This document shows positions 1 to 10,014 of a DNA stretch of 64,000 nucleotides, piece after piece. A program made the position numbers and the translations under genes. Each line of letters starts with the position of its first letter. The stretch's first letter is position 1. The stretch is from assembly GCA_963802945.1 (NCBI GenBank), contig CAWDKY010000017.1, positions 447,896 through 511,895 of the forward strand, written 5' to 3'. The DNA is from an uncultured delta proteobacterium. GTDB taxonomy: Bacteria > Desulfobacterota > RBG-13-43-22. The notes under the pieces are model-generated. The model saw only the letters and a list, made by a program, of their open reading frames with translations. It did no database searches and had not been told where the DNA came from.

Positions 1-1115
1 TTCTCTGGTTTCTCTGGTTCTGCAATCTGGGAGTTCGGGTCATCTTCTCGCCCATTTTACCTTTAGTTGAAGATGAGTTTGCCGTCGGTCATGCCCGGGC
101 CGGCAGTATTTTTATCTTTCAGTCGATTGGTTATGGGTTATCGTTATTTTTTTCAGGATTTTATTCCGGCCGGCTGGGTTACAAAAAATCGATTATCCTT
201 TCTATGTTGGTCTCATCTTTAGTTTGCTTCTTCATTCCTTTCGTCAAGGTGTTTTCGGCTTTTTATCTTTTTTCTTTCGTTCTCGGTTTTTCCACAGGGA
301 TCTATCTGCCTTCCGTGATACCGCTCCTTACGGAATATTTTGAAGAAAGTCAATGGGGAAAATCTATTGCCATTCATGATTCGGCGGCTTCGGTCAGCAT
401 ATTTTGTATGCCCTTTGCAGCGTTATTCCTGCTCCACTTTTTTAAGTGGAGAGGGATATTCGAAGTTTTCGCCCTGACCTTTTTCCTGAGCGCTGTCTTG
501 TTTTATTTCACCAGTGATGAACTTAAGATCAAACATTCTGAAAAGGCCAGGTTGGGTGATCTGGTCAAAAGGCGATCTCTTTGGATCATGGCCTTATTAT
601 GGACGTTTGTTGCTGGTGCCAATATGGGCATCTTTTTTATCGTCCCTTTGTATCTGACCAAGGAGCTTTCTTTGAGTATCGGATATGCCAATACCCTCTT
701 GGGGGTGTCTCGGTTCGGAGGGATTGCCGTGGCCATCCTGTGCGGATTTCTGGTCGATCGCTTCAGCCTCCGAAAGATGATATTCATGATGGTGCTGCTT
801 ACAGGTATTTTCACGGTTCTTATGGGCCTTGCTTCCGTGCGCTATGTCGGGATCTTTCTTTTTTTTCAGGCCCTGGTGGTTACTGGTTTTTTCCCTCTGG
901 GACTGGTGTCCATGGCCAGGATGTTCAGCCGGGAAGTCAGGGGTTTGGCTACCGGATTGACCTTGACCATCGGTGTGACCTGCGGAGCAGGACTGATGCC
1001 TTTTTTCCTTGGTCTCTCCGGTGACTTGCTTAGCTTCCGTTTCGGTATCTCCATGCTTGGGATGGCAGTTATTCTATCCTGCGGGCTGATATTCTTTTTA
1101 AAGGAAATTGAGTAA
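1..1115 (+). CDS. MFS transporter (5'-truncated by window edge)
   Basis: Frame is open from position 3 (LWFLWFCNLGVRVIFSPILP...). Many hydrophobic helices and MFS loop motifs (GRLGYKK, GFLVDRFSLRK). Confidence 0.9.
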   Translation, partial: LWFLWFCNLGVRVIFSPILPLVEDEFAVGHARAGSIFIFQSIGYGLSLFFSGFYSGRLGYKKSIILSMLVSSLVCFFIPFVKVFSAFYLFSFVLGFSTGIYLPSVIPLLTEYFEESQWGKSIAIHDSAASVSIFCMPFAALFLLHFFKWRGIFEVFALTFFLSAVLFYFTSDELKIKHSEKARLGDLVKRRSLWIMALLWTFVAGANMGIFFIVPLYLTKELSLSIGYANTLLGVSRFGGIAVAILCGFLVDRFSLRKMIFMMVLLTGIFTVLMGLASVRYVGIFLFFQALVVTGFFPLGLVSMARMFSREVRGLATGLTLTIGVTCGAGLMPFFLGLSGDLLSFRFGISMLGMAVILSCGLIFFLKEIE

Positions 1116-1125
1116 GGAGGGAATT

Positions 1126-1257
1126 ATGATAACTTCTATTCGCGTCGATCCGAACGTCCCGATGAAAATACGGGACGGTGCTCTTTGGTTGATAACCACA
1201 GTAAAGAATAATATATTCAGAACATGCGGATGGTGTATGGTGTTAAAGATTTCGTGA
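1126..1257 (+). pseudogene. Short remnant resembling a CocE/NonD hydrolase N-terminus
   Basis: Strong RBS AAGGAGG, then MITSIRVDPNVPMKIRDG (similar to the VPMRDG start of CocE/NonD proteins). Similarity is lost after ~20 codons. Confidence 0.45.
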
Positions 1258-1431
1258 AAGAGATGATGGCGCCCTATAATGTTTCTGAAAAGAAAAAACA
1301 GATGGGGCGACAAAGCGGATGGAGGAATAATAAAGAGAACTGAACCGTTCCCTTTATTCACTGTTTTTCTCCTTGATAGTATTCTTTTTTTTGTTTTATA
1401 ATTAGGCCAACAAAAGGCAACTTTTTAACAA

Positions 1432-1605
1432 ATAGTGGTTGTTGTCTCTGCCTTTGGCATAAACTCCGGACAGGCCTTTGCAGCCGTTATCGGCCCTCGC
1501 GTTGAGGTGCCAGCCCTCATCAGCCTCGTCAATGTGGCACTCTATTTTCAGCGACGCTGCTTTTCCGATCAGCAGTGCTGGGTCACGGGAATAGAACCGT
1601 CGTAA
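1432..1605 (+). pseudogene. acr3: C-terminal fragment of an ACR3 arsenite efflux transporter
   Basis: Manual translation [39 protein letters not shown] matches the ACR3 C-terminal signature (FG.xSG.A.A.VIGPLVEVP). No N-terminus. Confidence 0.75.
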
Positions 1606-1894
1606 CCGCTAACTAAGGATGCGATCATTTCACGGCGAACGAGGAAATCAACCTGAGCCGCACCGGACGTGCTACCTAGGCCCAAAAACAGGGAAAATAG
1701 GGGACCAAGGGGTCACCTGTAAGGCTGACCACTGCCAACCTTGCTTGCTGAAGACTTCTGGTTTACAATGCGTTATTCTTCCTGGCGATTAACATGATAG
1801 AATTATGTTGGATGGCGGGTAGGGGAAATGGGCTTCTTCCTATGTCAAGCAGTAAGGGTCCGCTCGTCCAAAAAACCAAAAAAGGAGGTAGCAA

Positions 1895-2275
1895 ATGAAA
1901 AGACTATTAGTAGTATTTCTGGCAGTGTTTGTCGGTTTGACATTCGTGTCCGGCGTGTATGCCCAGGCGGTGACCGAGACAAAAGGAACGACTCCCAAAA
2001 CAGAGGCTGCGGCCAAAACCGAGAAGCACATAGCCCAACAGGCGCCCGGCCCGTGCAAGCAGATCCTAGTGGCTTGTAAGAACGCGGGTTTTGTTATTGG
2101 AGAATGGGAAAAAGGGTATGGCCTCTATAGGGATTGTGTAGATCCCATTATGCAAGGCAAAACTAAGGTGCCTGGGGCTATAAGACCTCTGCCCGCCGTC
2201 GATCCAAAACTGGTTGCTGAATGCAAGGCAAAGAATCCGAGCTATGGAAGCGGCAAGGTTGGTTCCAAGAAGTAA
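1895..2275 (+). CDS. Secreted hypothetical protein with 4 Cys
   Basis: RBS GGAGG, signal peptide ending VYA-Q, four Cys in the mature part. Confidence 0.75.
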   Translation: MKRLLVVFLAVFVGLTFVSGVYAQAVTETKGTTPKTEAAAKTEKHIAQQAPGPCKQILVACKNAGFVIGEWEKGYGLYRDCVDPIMQGKTKVPGAIRPLPAVDPKLVAECKAKNPSYGSGKVGSKK

Positions 2276-2778
2276 ACCGTAATTATGCGTCTGCGTCCTC
2301 TCTTAGAGAGTCCCAGGTGCTGTAAGCCGCCCCATGAACGTGGTATATGGGGTCAAATCTTCCCGGGCTGGTGCCCAAAGGCAAGGATAAAGATTTGACC
2401 TATTCTCCACGAGAGTTTGTTCGCCTTTCGTCCCCTACTCGCCATGTCTATTGGTCGGTATTCGCCATCTTAGGACTACGGAAGTCCGAGGCTTCCATTC
2501 CTAAGGCTTTCATGGCGAACAACCGGTCAAAATGTTCACTTGTATGCTTGATTTTTCCTCCAGCATCATAAAGATGAATACGTAGCGGTTAGGGAGCTTA
2601 GGTTTAAGAATAGCCCCTCCAGGTTGAACAAAGGTGGCTGCGGCATCATCCCGAAAAAAACTTGTTGGGGTCCAGGGCAGGACTAATCCTCGTATTACGG
2701 AATTTATCTCCCGGAAGAATCATGGGTTATCTATTGATCTAAGGACAACCGACAAGAAAAAGTTTTAATGCCTTAGAT

Positions 2779-3085
2779 TGGTTCCGCCGCTGGCTGGATA
2801 ATGTCACCCGAGGGCTTTGTCAAAAAGAAAAAGTAACTGGTCTCTTTTCTTATGTTATAGAACCGGATGAAAATGCAAAATCCAATCGGAATTGGGCGAA
2901 GTTGATTCAGAAAATTGCAGCCTGTCCCGGACATGATCCGGGAAGGTCAATCTCCTGACCTGCTCCAAAGGCCAGGGGCTGATGCGGATAATCAGCATTA
3001 TCGAAGACCAGGGAGTCATTAGCGAGATCCTTTCACCCCTAGCCTTATACCAAACCACCCAAAGACCCTCACCCAAACCCAAATC
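2779..3085 (+). mobile_element. Degenerate 3' end of an IS91-like (Y2) transposase
   Basis: Manual translation gives NVTRG...EPDENAKSNRNWAKLIQKI and VNLLTCSKGQGLMRIISIIEDQGVISEIL, matching the WARLIQKIYEVDPLxCPKC-MRIISFIED C-terminus of these transposases. Confidence 0.7.
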
Positions 3086-3112
3086 CCTCTAAATTTAAAT
3101 AGATTGCTCAGC

Positions 3113-3206
3113 CTCCCAGCTTTCTTTTTACGAGGATCAGGATTTCGGGGCATGCAAATTACTCCACTGTTTGAGGAAAATCTAGGAGGCAGAGGGAGTA
3201 GTTCGT
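3113..3206 (+). repeat. Degenerate direct repeat, copy 1 (pairs with 6478-6573); probable IS end
   Basis: Blocks shared with copy 2: CTCCCAG, GAGGATCAGGATTTCGGGGC, TGTTTGAGGAAAAT, GGAGGCAG, GTAGTTCGT. Confidence 0.8.
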
Positions 3207-3211
3207 TCAAT

Positions 3212-3559
3212 TCCCGCAGTCTTTGGGCAACTGGTTTTCCTTATGACATTCGGATGAGTAAAGATAACAGTCTTAATTGTTTTAATTTGATGGCCATGGA
3301 AGTGCCGGCCATTCGGCGTGCTGGCGCGGCCGCTTTGGATATCGATGATCTTGCTGCTGGCAGGTTTGATGGTTTTTGGGAATTAAAGCTTATGCCATGG
3401 GGTATGGCCGCTGGATGTTTGATGGTGTAAGAATCAGGAAGAATTATCTCTGATATATCTGGAGGCAAGTGGGGTATTTTTTTGCACAATGTTTTTGCTT
3501 CCAATGGTTTGATTCACGAGAAAATGATAAGTGTTTTTAAAAGAGGTGTTTCCCCATAA
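3212..3559 (+). pseudogene. Inositol monophosphatase (SuhB-like) C-terminal fragment with internal stop
   Basis: ATGFPYD...IRRAGAAALD...GRFDGFWELKLMPW, TAA at 3428-3430, then ESGRIISD...ASNGLIHEKM. N-terminal half is missing. Confidence 0.85.
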
Positions 3560-3587
3560 ATCTGGTTGGTTAATTTGTAATTTCCTT

Positions 3588-4538
3588 TTATCCTTTCATC
3601 TTCCGTTTTACTGACGCAAAGGTTTGTTTTAAACCAACAGCCAGCGCTTTTTTGACCTTTAAAGTTATATTTTTATATTGTTTATGAAAATAATTTCTGC
3701 GTTCTAAAGGCGATGAGCCGAGCAAACCATTGGCCATCGCCCGCAGCCGCGCCACTCGAGCGGCCTTCACGTCGGTGCTCATTGGTTCGATGCGCTCAAG
3801 TGAGACGATGAATTCAAATTCATACACACTGGTGGTATGAAAGTATTTGACATCGAAAAGCAAGAGGTCCATTTCAATCAAATCAGCGATACAGTGCAAA
3901 AAACTGTGAGGGGTAAAAACCCAACAATGCACGTCGGTATAGCGAGGCGCTGCTGCAAGGGCCCGAGTTCGAGACAATGCGTTTTCCAAAGTGCCGGCCA
4001 GGGGCAAGCGGGATGTATCAATCGAACCATCCCACACACCCGGTGTATCAACTATCGTATATAGGGACCAGAAATCAAAGACCTGTTTGAGCGATGGGAT
4101 CGTGCGTTGCGACAGCCAGGCGTCGACGATTTCACCGGTGGTACTCAAAGGCCGCTTGGCGTCAAAACAGTAGCGCCCTTCGGGAATGGAGAGCGCGACT
4201 ATGCCTCCGGGGTTCAGCGCATCGTGCAACTCCCCAAACCAGCGAATTAGATTTGGCACATGTTCAACCACGTAATTGGCAATTACGAAATCGACTCTGG
4301 TGTGCTGCAGTGATTCGAGCAGTGGTTTTTCAGAGAGAACCACATCGACTTCGACAGTAGTTGCCGTATCCCACCCGTGACCCTCGTACTTTGCACGCAA
4401 CTCTGCCGTGCTGGCGTGGTCAGCGTAAAGCACCTGCGCCTCGTTTTTTCGAAGCACTGGATTGGCAAGGGGTCCGATTTCAACGCCACGCATGCACGCG
4501 ACATCAATGGCCTGAAGAATTTTTTCGCGGCGGTTCAT
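3588..4538 (-). CDS. Class I SAM-dependent methyltransferase (glycan-locus type)
   Basis: GVEIGP motif I, VDFVIANYVVEHVPN, LNPGG, DVHCWVFT. Confidence 0.85.
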   Translation of the reverse strand: MNRREKILQAIDVACMRGVEIGPLANPVLRKNEAQVLYADHASTAELRAKYEGHGWDTATTVEVDVVLSEKPLLESLQHTRVDFVIANYVVEHVPNLIRWFGELHDALNPGGIVALSIPEGRYCFDAKRPLSTTGEIVDAWLSQRTIPSLKQVFDFWSLYTIVDTPGVWDGSIDTSRLPLAGTLENALSRTRALAAAPRYTDVHCWVFTPHSFLHCIADLIEMDLLLFDVKYFHTTSVYEFEFIVSLERIEPMSTDVKAARVARLRAMANGLLGSSPLERRNYFHKQYKNITLKVKKALAVGLKQTFASVKRKMKG

Positions 4539-4846
4539 AACAGCTCTGATTCATTCGATCTGCTACAAATACTTCTTGTCCTTACTCGCAACCATGCCCC
4601 CCCCCATCTTCTCTTTAATAACTGAAACTCTTCGGTGTGTTCACTAAATCAGGGAAAGAACAGTTTGAATTGTTGTATCCGACATCTTTGATAAGAACTT
4701 GCTTTCATGGGAAGTGAGTATAGGGTAGCCACGCTTGGATGTCAAGGGAATCTAAACCACAAAATGTGGGATGAGGCACTGATAATCCGCCCTTTAGATT
4801 ATCCCTTTTCCTAAGATATAAACTGTAGTTCTGGCCAGTTTTTCTT

Positions 4847-6025
4847 CTAAATACCTTTAGATGTTCGGTGCATCAGGTCACTAATTTTAGAAACAGCCCG
4901 CCGAGAGACACGAGGCAATTTCCACCAGGACAGCTCCTTTCGAGATCGCCTGGCAATGAGGTTAAGTAGGTTCTCTTCAGCAGGGCGAACCAATGTCGTT
5001 TCTGGCTTTTGAACAATGATACTGAAGTAGTCAGAATAAAACGCCCCTCTTTCCAGTTCGACAGCTTTGTTGGACCCAAAGAAACTGGAGCTTAGTCCAG
5101 TTTTATATTTAGTGAAATCATGTTTCATGCCAGCCAAGCGATCAGGAATGCGCCCTTCCTGATTCGCAATTAGCCCATAAAATTGATATCCGACCGCACT
5201 CAACATATTCCATAGACTTAGTGGAGTGAACATAAACCAGTGACCCCAGTATAGATTTTCGTCTGCAAACAAAGTGGACAACCCAGCCGCATTTGGCACG
5301 ATGATACAGAAAAGCCCTCCGCTTCTGAGTAACCTATAAACTCGCAACATCGCAGCAAGAGGATCGAAATAGTGCTCCAATGAGTTATCCATGATCACAA
5401 AATCAAAACTCTCTTCCGATGCTCGAAGGTCAGAAATCAATCCCGATTGGATGTCAATATCAAACTTGGACTTCGCAACTCGGGCAGAGTGAAGATCTGG
5501 ATCAATACCATTTACCAACCAACCTTTTTCGTTCTTGAACCAGTTGAGAGCTACTCCCGGGCCACAACTAACATCAAGCATGCGATTCAACCGTCGCACT
5601 TTCTCCAAACCAACATGGTCATAGTAAGCTTTCATGGTATTGATCTTGTCATTGACATAATATTGCCAATCGTGGTCTTTCCAGGCAATAATGTTTCTCT
5701 CGCCATCGAAGGTGGACTTATCAATATCTGAGAACAAGGGAAGCGGGTTAATATATGCTAGGCCACACTCTTTGCATAGAACGTACTGCAACCTCAACAA
5801 TCTGGTGAGATAAAAATTTGTCAGTCTGTGGTCACCGTAGAGTCTACTCGGGAAGAAAATGGATTTTTTCACGTTTATGTTGCTGGGCCTTCTGAATAGA
5901 TCGAATTCCAGGCTTCCGCACGCATTACAACTTCTCCAATATATCCCAGGAGAGAACCGCCAAGAAATCTGATATAGAAGCCCTCTGGATTTACTCACAA
6001 TATTGCGTACAGTACTCATGAACAT
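4847..6025 (-). CDS. Class I SAM-dependent methyltransferase with N-terminal CxxC pairs
   Basis: CNAC and CKEC Zn-ribbon, MLDVSCGPG, FDFVIMDNSLEH, LLRSGG, HWFMFT. Confidence 0.85.
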   Translation of the reverse strand: MFMSTVRNIVSKSRGLLYQISWRFSPGIYWRSCNACGSLEFDLFRRPSNINVKKSIFFPSRLYGDHRLTNFYLTRLLRLQYVLCKECGLAYINPLPLFSDIDKSTFDGERNIIAWKDHDWQYYVNDKINTMKAYYDHVGLEKVRRLNRMLDVSCGPGVALNWFKNEKGWLVNGIDPDLHSARVAKSKFDIDIQSGLISDLRASEESFDFVIMDNSLEHYFDPLAAMLRVYRLLRSGGLFCIIVPNAAGLSTLFADENLYWGHWFMFTPLSLWNMLSAVGYQFYGLIANQEGRIPDRLAGMKHDFTKYKTGLSSSFFGSNKAVELERGAFYSDYFSIIVQKPETTLVRPAEENLLNLIARRSRKELSWWKLPRVSRRAVSKISDLMHRTSKGI

Positions 6026-6179
6026 CGATGATCTCCTCTAAAAACATAGGCAGCATAAAAATTTAAAAAAATTGGTAACATTTCCCTATTTCGTTTAGGA
6101 TCCTTTTAGTATCCCCGGAGTTTGGATATTTTTTCTTTTATTAATAAGTGGAAAATAATATAGACCTAAAAGATGAAAC

Positions 6180-6422
6180 ATGACACTAATTAAGCATGAA
6201 AAAATCGATGCGCGCAAATTGGATCATAACACTCTCACCGGGATTCGAATACGAGCCGTCAGCAGTGTTCAAAACGGGGAGAGTCCGGAACAACTGGTTA
6301 AAATTATGGGGCTCTCCCGCGGGACCATTTATAATTGGCTTTCCAAATATCGCCATGGAGGGTGGCACGCAATAGACGAAGGGGGCGTCTCCCTGAGCCT
6401 CTTTGCCACAAAACATGGTTGA
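6180..6422 (+). mobile_element. IS630-family transposase, N-terminal HTH remnant
   Basis: DARKLDH..L..IRIRAV..VQNGESPE...GLSRGTIYNWLSKYRHGGW is typical of IS630 N-termini. The DDE domain is absent. Confidence 0.8.
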
Positions 6423-6477
6423 TCCCTTTGTAGCGTATATCCTGCCACGCTCCTCCAAAATGAATCCTATAATTATA

Positions 6478-6573
6478 CTCCCAGTTTCCTTTCTATGAGG
6501 ATCAGGATTTCGGGGCTTCCGCAGATCACTCTATTGTTTGAGGAAAATGTTGGAGGCAGCGGGGGTAGTTCGT
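6478..6573 (+). repeat. Degenerate direct repeat, copy 2 (pairs with 3113-3206)
   Basis: Same conserved blocks as copy 1, preceded by codons for HAPPK*. Confidence 0.8.
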
Positions 6574-6760
6574 CCGAAATTAAGTTGCCTTCCCCTTTTT
6601 CCCTTTATTGCTTCCTGTTTGTAAAATCCAGCCCGGCAAAGGCCCTTTTTTTCAAAAGACACCCTTTGTCTAGTTGCCTTCCGCTCTGTTTTTCTCCTTG
6701 ATGGTGTTTTTTTCTTGTTTAATAATTTTACCATCAAAAAGTAACTTCTTATTAAATAGA

Positions 6761-7519
6761 TCATCCATATCTTCCGGTGATGTAATCATTGGTTCGGTCA
6801 TCCTGGGGTGTGGTAAAGATCTCACTGGTCGGACCGAATTCAATCAAATCTCCCAGGAGCATGAAACCGGTTTCATCCGATATCCGGGCGGCCTGTTGCA
6901 TGTTGTGGGTGACGATGACGATAGTATAGTTTTCCTTAAGTTCCAGCATCAGCCGTTCGATTCTTTCCGTGGCTCTAGGATCCAAGGCCGAGCAGGGCTC
7001 GTCCATCAGGACGATACGGGACTGCAAGGCCACGATACGGGCGATACAAAGCCGCTGTTGCTGTTCGAGGGTCAAACTCAGGGCAGGTGCCTTAAGTTTG
7101 TCTTTCAGGGTTTCCCAGAGATCAACAGCGGAAAAGGCCCTAAAGGCGATCTCTTCCTGCTCCTGTTTTTCCCTGGAGAGCAAGCCGTGGATCTTAAGGC
7201 CGAAGGTGACATTTTCCAGGATGGAAAGAGGAAAAGGGTTGGGTCGTTGAAAGACCATACCCACCTCTTTACGGAGACGGATCAAATTGACCCCCGGGGC
7301 ATAAATATCCTTGTCGCCGATCAGGACCTGCCCTTCAATCCGAATCCCATCAATCAGATCATTCATGCGGTTCAGGCAGCGAAGCAGAGTGGATTTCCCA
7401 CACCCCGACGGGCCGATCAGCGCCGTAATGGTCTTTTCCTTGAAAAAGGAATTAACCTCTTTCAAGGCTTGGAAAGGACCATAGTACAAGTTCAGATTTT
7501 TTATGGCAATGGAAGGCAA
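6761..7519 (-). CDS. pstB: Phosphate ABC transporter ATPase
   Basis: GPSGCGKSTLLRCLNRMND, VGMVFQRPNPFP, MDEPCSALDP, DYITGRYG. The signature motif is degenerate (LTLEQQQRL). Confidence 0.95.
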   Translation of the reverse strand: MPSIAIKNLNLYYGPFQALKEVNSFFKEKTITALIGPSGCGKSTLLRCLNRMNDLIDGIRIEGQVLIGDKDIYAPGVNLIRLRKEVGMVFQRPNPFPLSILENVTFGLKIHGLLSREKQEQEEIAFRAFSAVDLWETLKDKLKAPALSLTLEQQQRLCIARIVALQSRIVLMDEPCSALDPRATERIERLMLELKENYTIVIVTHNMQQAARISDETGFMLLGDLIEFGPTSEIFTTPQDDRTNDYITGRYG

Positions 7520-7531
7520 GATTCCTCCCTT

Positions 7532-8299
7532 TTAACCAAATTTTCCTGAAACATAATCTTCGGTTCGTTTATCGGATGGGGTGGTAAAAAGGACATCGGG
7601 GGGGCCGTATTCAATTAACTCTCCCATAAGGAAAAAGGCCGTCTTGTCCGAAATACGGGCAATCTGTTTGGTATTGTTGCTAACCAGGATCATGGTATGG
7701 TCCTTCTTAAGGTTACGCAGGGCTTCCTCAATCTTGGCCGTAGAGATTGGGTCCAGACCCGATGTCGGTTCATCCAGAAGGATGACCTCGGATTGCATGG
7801 CCAAGGTACGGGCAATACAGAGGCGTTGCTGTTGGCCGCCGGAAAGTTTCAGGGCCGGTTCAAAAAGGCGGTCTTTTACCTCGTCCCAAAGGATGGCGGC
7901 CTGAAGGCTCTGTTCCACCCTTTCATCGAGGATACGCCGGCCTTTCAGGCCGTGCATTCGGGGACCAAAGGTAAGATTTTCATAAATGGAACGGGGCAAG
8001 GGGATCGGTTTGGCAAAGACCATACCCACCCGGGCCCGCAAAAGATTGATATCATAATCGGGCAACAGGATATCGGCTCCATCCAGGAAGACCTGCCCTT
8101 GGATTGACATATTCGGGATCAAATCGCTTAAGCGATTTAAGATGCGTAACAGGGTAGTTTTGCCGCTATTGGAAGGTCCCATGATCCCGGTGATTTGATT
8201 GTTGGGGATGTCCAGGGAAATGGACTTAAGTGAAGCGTCCTGGCCGTAAGAAACCGTAAGGTCTTTGACCTGAATTTTATTCTGATCAGGGTTGGTCAT
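7532..8299 (-). CDS. pstB: Phosphate ABC transporter ATPase (second copy)
   Basis: GPSNSGKT, LSGGQQQRLCIAR, DEPTSGLDP, YVSGKFG. Confidence 0.95.
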   Translation of the reverse strand: MTNPDQNKIQVKDLTVSYGQDASLKSISLDIPNNQITGIMGPSNSGKTTLLRILNRLSDLIPNMSIQGQVFLDGADILLPDYDINLLRARVGMVFAKPIPLPRSIYENLTFGPRMHGLKGRRILDERVEQSLQAAILWDEVKDRLFEPALKLSGGQQQRLCIARTLAMQSEVILLDEPTSGLDPISTAKIEEALRNLKKDHTMILVSNNTKQIARISDKTAFFLMGELIEYGPPDVLFTTPSDKRTEDYVSGKFG

Positions 8300-8340
8300 T
8301 GATTAATCCGCAATCCCCATTCCGCAATCCGTAATAGAAA

Positions 8341-9177
8341 TCATGAGTACTTTTTCATTAATAACCGCATGGTCATATAGGCACTGATATTAATAATCAA
8401 TATGAGCAGCACCAAGATGGCTGCTGTTCCGTAAGCCATAGGCATAGAGAGCCCTTCCCGGGCCAAAATATAAAAATGGACGGCCAAGGTGCGACCGGAT
8501 TCAAAAATGGAATTCGGAAACCGGAGGGAAGATCCGGCGGTAAAGATAATGACAGCCGTTTCACCGACCGAACGGGCAATACTCAAGACGATGCCGGTCA
8601 CAATCCCCGGAAGGGCCGCAGGCAGGACTACGCGGGTAATGGTCTTCCATTTACCTACACCAAGCGAGAAGGATACTTCTCGATATTCTCGGGGCACGGC
8701 TAAAATCGATTCTTCCGAAGTTCGAATTATTGTCGGAAGCAACATGGCCGAAAGGGTCAGACCGCCGGAAAGCAGACTCCAGCCCCAGCCGAAGGCCATG
8801 ACAAAGATAGCAAATCCAAAAAGACCCAGAATGATGGAAGGTATTCCGGCCAGGGATTCAGTCCCGAAACGGATGATCTTGGTGATCAGACCTTCCCGGG
8901 TGTATTCGGTCAGAAAAATGGCCGTTCCCAGCCCCAAAGGTGTGGCGAAGAAAAGGGCGATCCCGATCAGATAAATAGTACTGACGATAGTGGACAGAAT
9001 CCCGCCCGAGCGGCCCATATCAACAGGATTGGTAGACAGAAAGGCCCAGGAGAGCTGAGGGAGCCCATTAAAAAAAATAAAAAAGATAATAAAAAATAAA
9101 ATCCCGATGGTTGAACCGGTCAGGCCCCAGAGAAGGGTCTTGACGAATTTTTGGGTTAATATGGGATTGAGGCGCAT
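8341..9177 (-). CDS. pstA: Phosphate ABC transporter permease PstA
   Basis: LAGIPSII.GLFG, ARSVGETA, RTLAVH, operon position. Confidence 0.95.
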   Translation of the reverse strand: MRLNPILTQKFVKTLLWGLTGSTIGILFFIIFFIFFNGLPQLSWAFLSTNPVDMGRSGGILSTIVSTIYLIGIALFFATPLGLGTAIFLTEYTREGLITKIIRFGTESLAGIPSIILGLFGFAIFVMAFGWGWSLLSGGLTLSAMLLPTIIRTSEESILAVPREYREVSFSLGVGKWKTITRVVLPAALPGIVTGIVLSIARSVGETAVIIFTAGSSLRFPNSIFESGRTLAVHFYILAREGLSMPMAYGTAAILVLLILIINISAYMTMRLLMKKYS

Positions 9178-10013
9178 TATTTTTTCCGCATCAGAAGATT
9201 GGCCAGGATATTAAGAGCCATGATAAAAATAAATAAAATAATGCCGGCGGCAAAAAGGGCGGTTCGATGATCGCCGGCAGAATAGCCCATCTCGAGGGCG
9301 ATAGTGCTGGTCAGGGTTCGCACCGGATCCAGGATGGAAAAGGGTATCTTTAAGGCATTGCCGGCCACCATAATCACAGCCATGGTTTCACCAATGGCCC
9401 GAGCCATACCCAGAATGATGGCTGTTACCACCCCGGATCGGGCGGCCGGGAGGATAACCAGTCTAATGGCCTGCCAATGGGTGGCCCCCATGGCCAGGGC
9501 CCCTTCTTTGTACAACAAGGGGACGGCTTGAATAGCATCGATGGAAATACTGGTGATGGTCGGGAGGATCATAATAGCCAAAATGATAGAGGCCGCTAAA
9601 AGCGACAATCCCGGCCCGCCAAGATATTCCCGGATCATTGGGACTAATAAAATGACTCCTAAAAATCCAAAGACTACGGAAGGAATACCGGCCAGGAGTT
9701 CAATCGTCGGCTTTAAGAAAATTAATAGACGGGGCGGACAAAACTCCGCCAGGGTAATGGCACAGGCCAAAGCCAAGGGCACTCCCATGATGATGGATCC
9801 GAAAGTAACAGCCAGAGAGGAGATGATCATGGATAAGATTCCGAAATGGCCTTTGGTCGGAGCCCATTTGGCACTGAAAAGGAAGTCTTTTATCCCCACT
9901 TTTAAGATCAGGGGGAGGCCTTCCTTAAAAATAAAGACCGTTATGAGCAACAAGACTCCAATAGCGGAGAAGGCCAGGAGAGTAAGGACCTTTTCGATGA
10001 TTTTTTCTTTCAT
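9177..10013 (-). CDS. pstC: Phosphate ABC transporter permease PstC
   Basis: ELLAGIPSVVFG, GMARAIGETMAV, RTLTS. Confidence 0.95.
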   Translation of the reverse strand: MKEKIIEKVLTLLAFSAIGVLLLITVFIFKEGLPLILKVGIKDFLFSAKWAPTKGHFGILSMIISSLAVTFGSIIMGVPLALACAITLAEFCPPRLLIFLKPTIELLAGIPSVVFGFLGVILLVPMIREYLGGPGLSLLAASIILAIMILPTITSISIDAIQAVPLLYKEGALAMGATHWQAIRLVILPAARSGVVTAIILGMARAIGETMAVIMVAGNALKIPFSILDPVRTLTSTIALEMGYSAGDHRTALFAAGIILFIFIMALNILANLLMRKK

Positions 10014-10014
10014 C

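Noticed and set aside
3104-3430. 108-aa ORF as a real gene
   Set aside because: It is a chimera of the repeat sequence and the suhB fragment.
6674-7549. 291-aa plus-strand ORF
   Set aside because: Antisense shadow of pstB with no motifs. The same applies to long shadows such as 16375-17136, 30904-31644 and 57992-58673.
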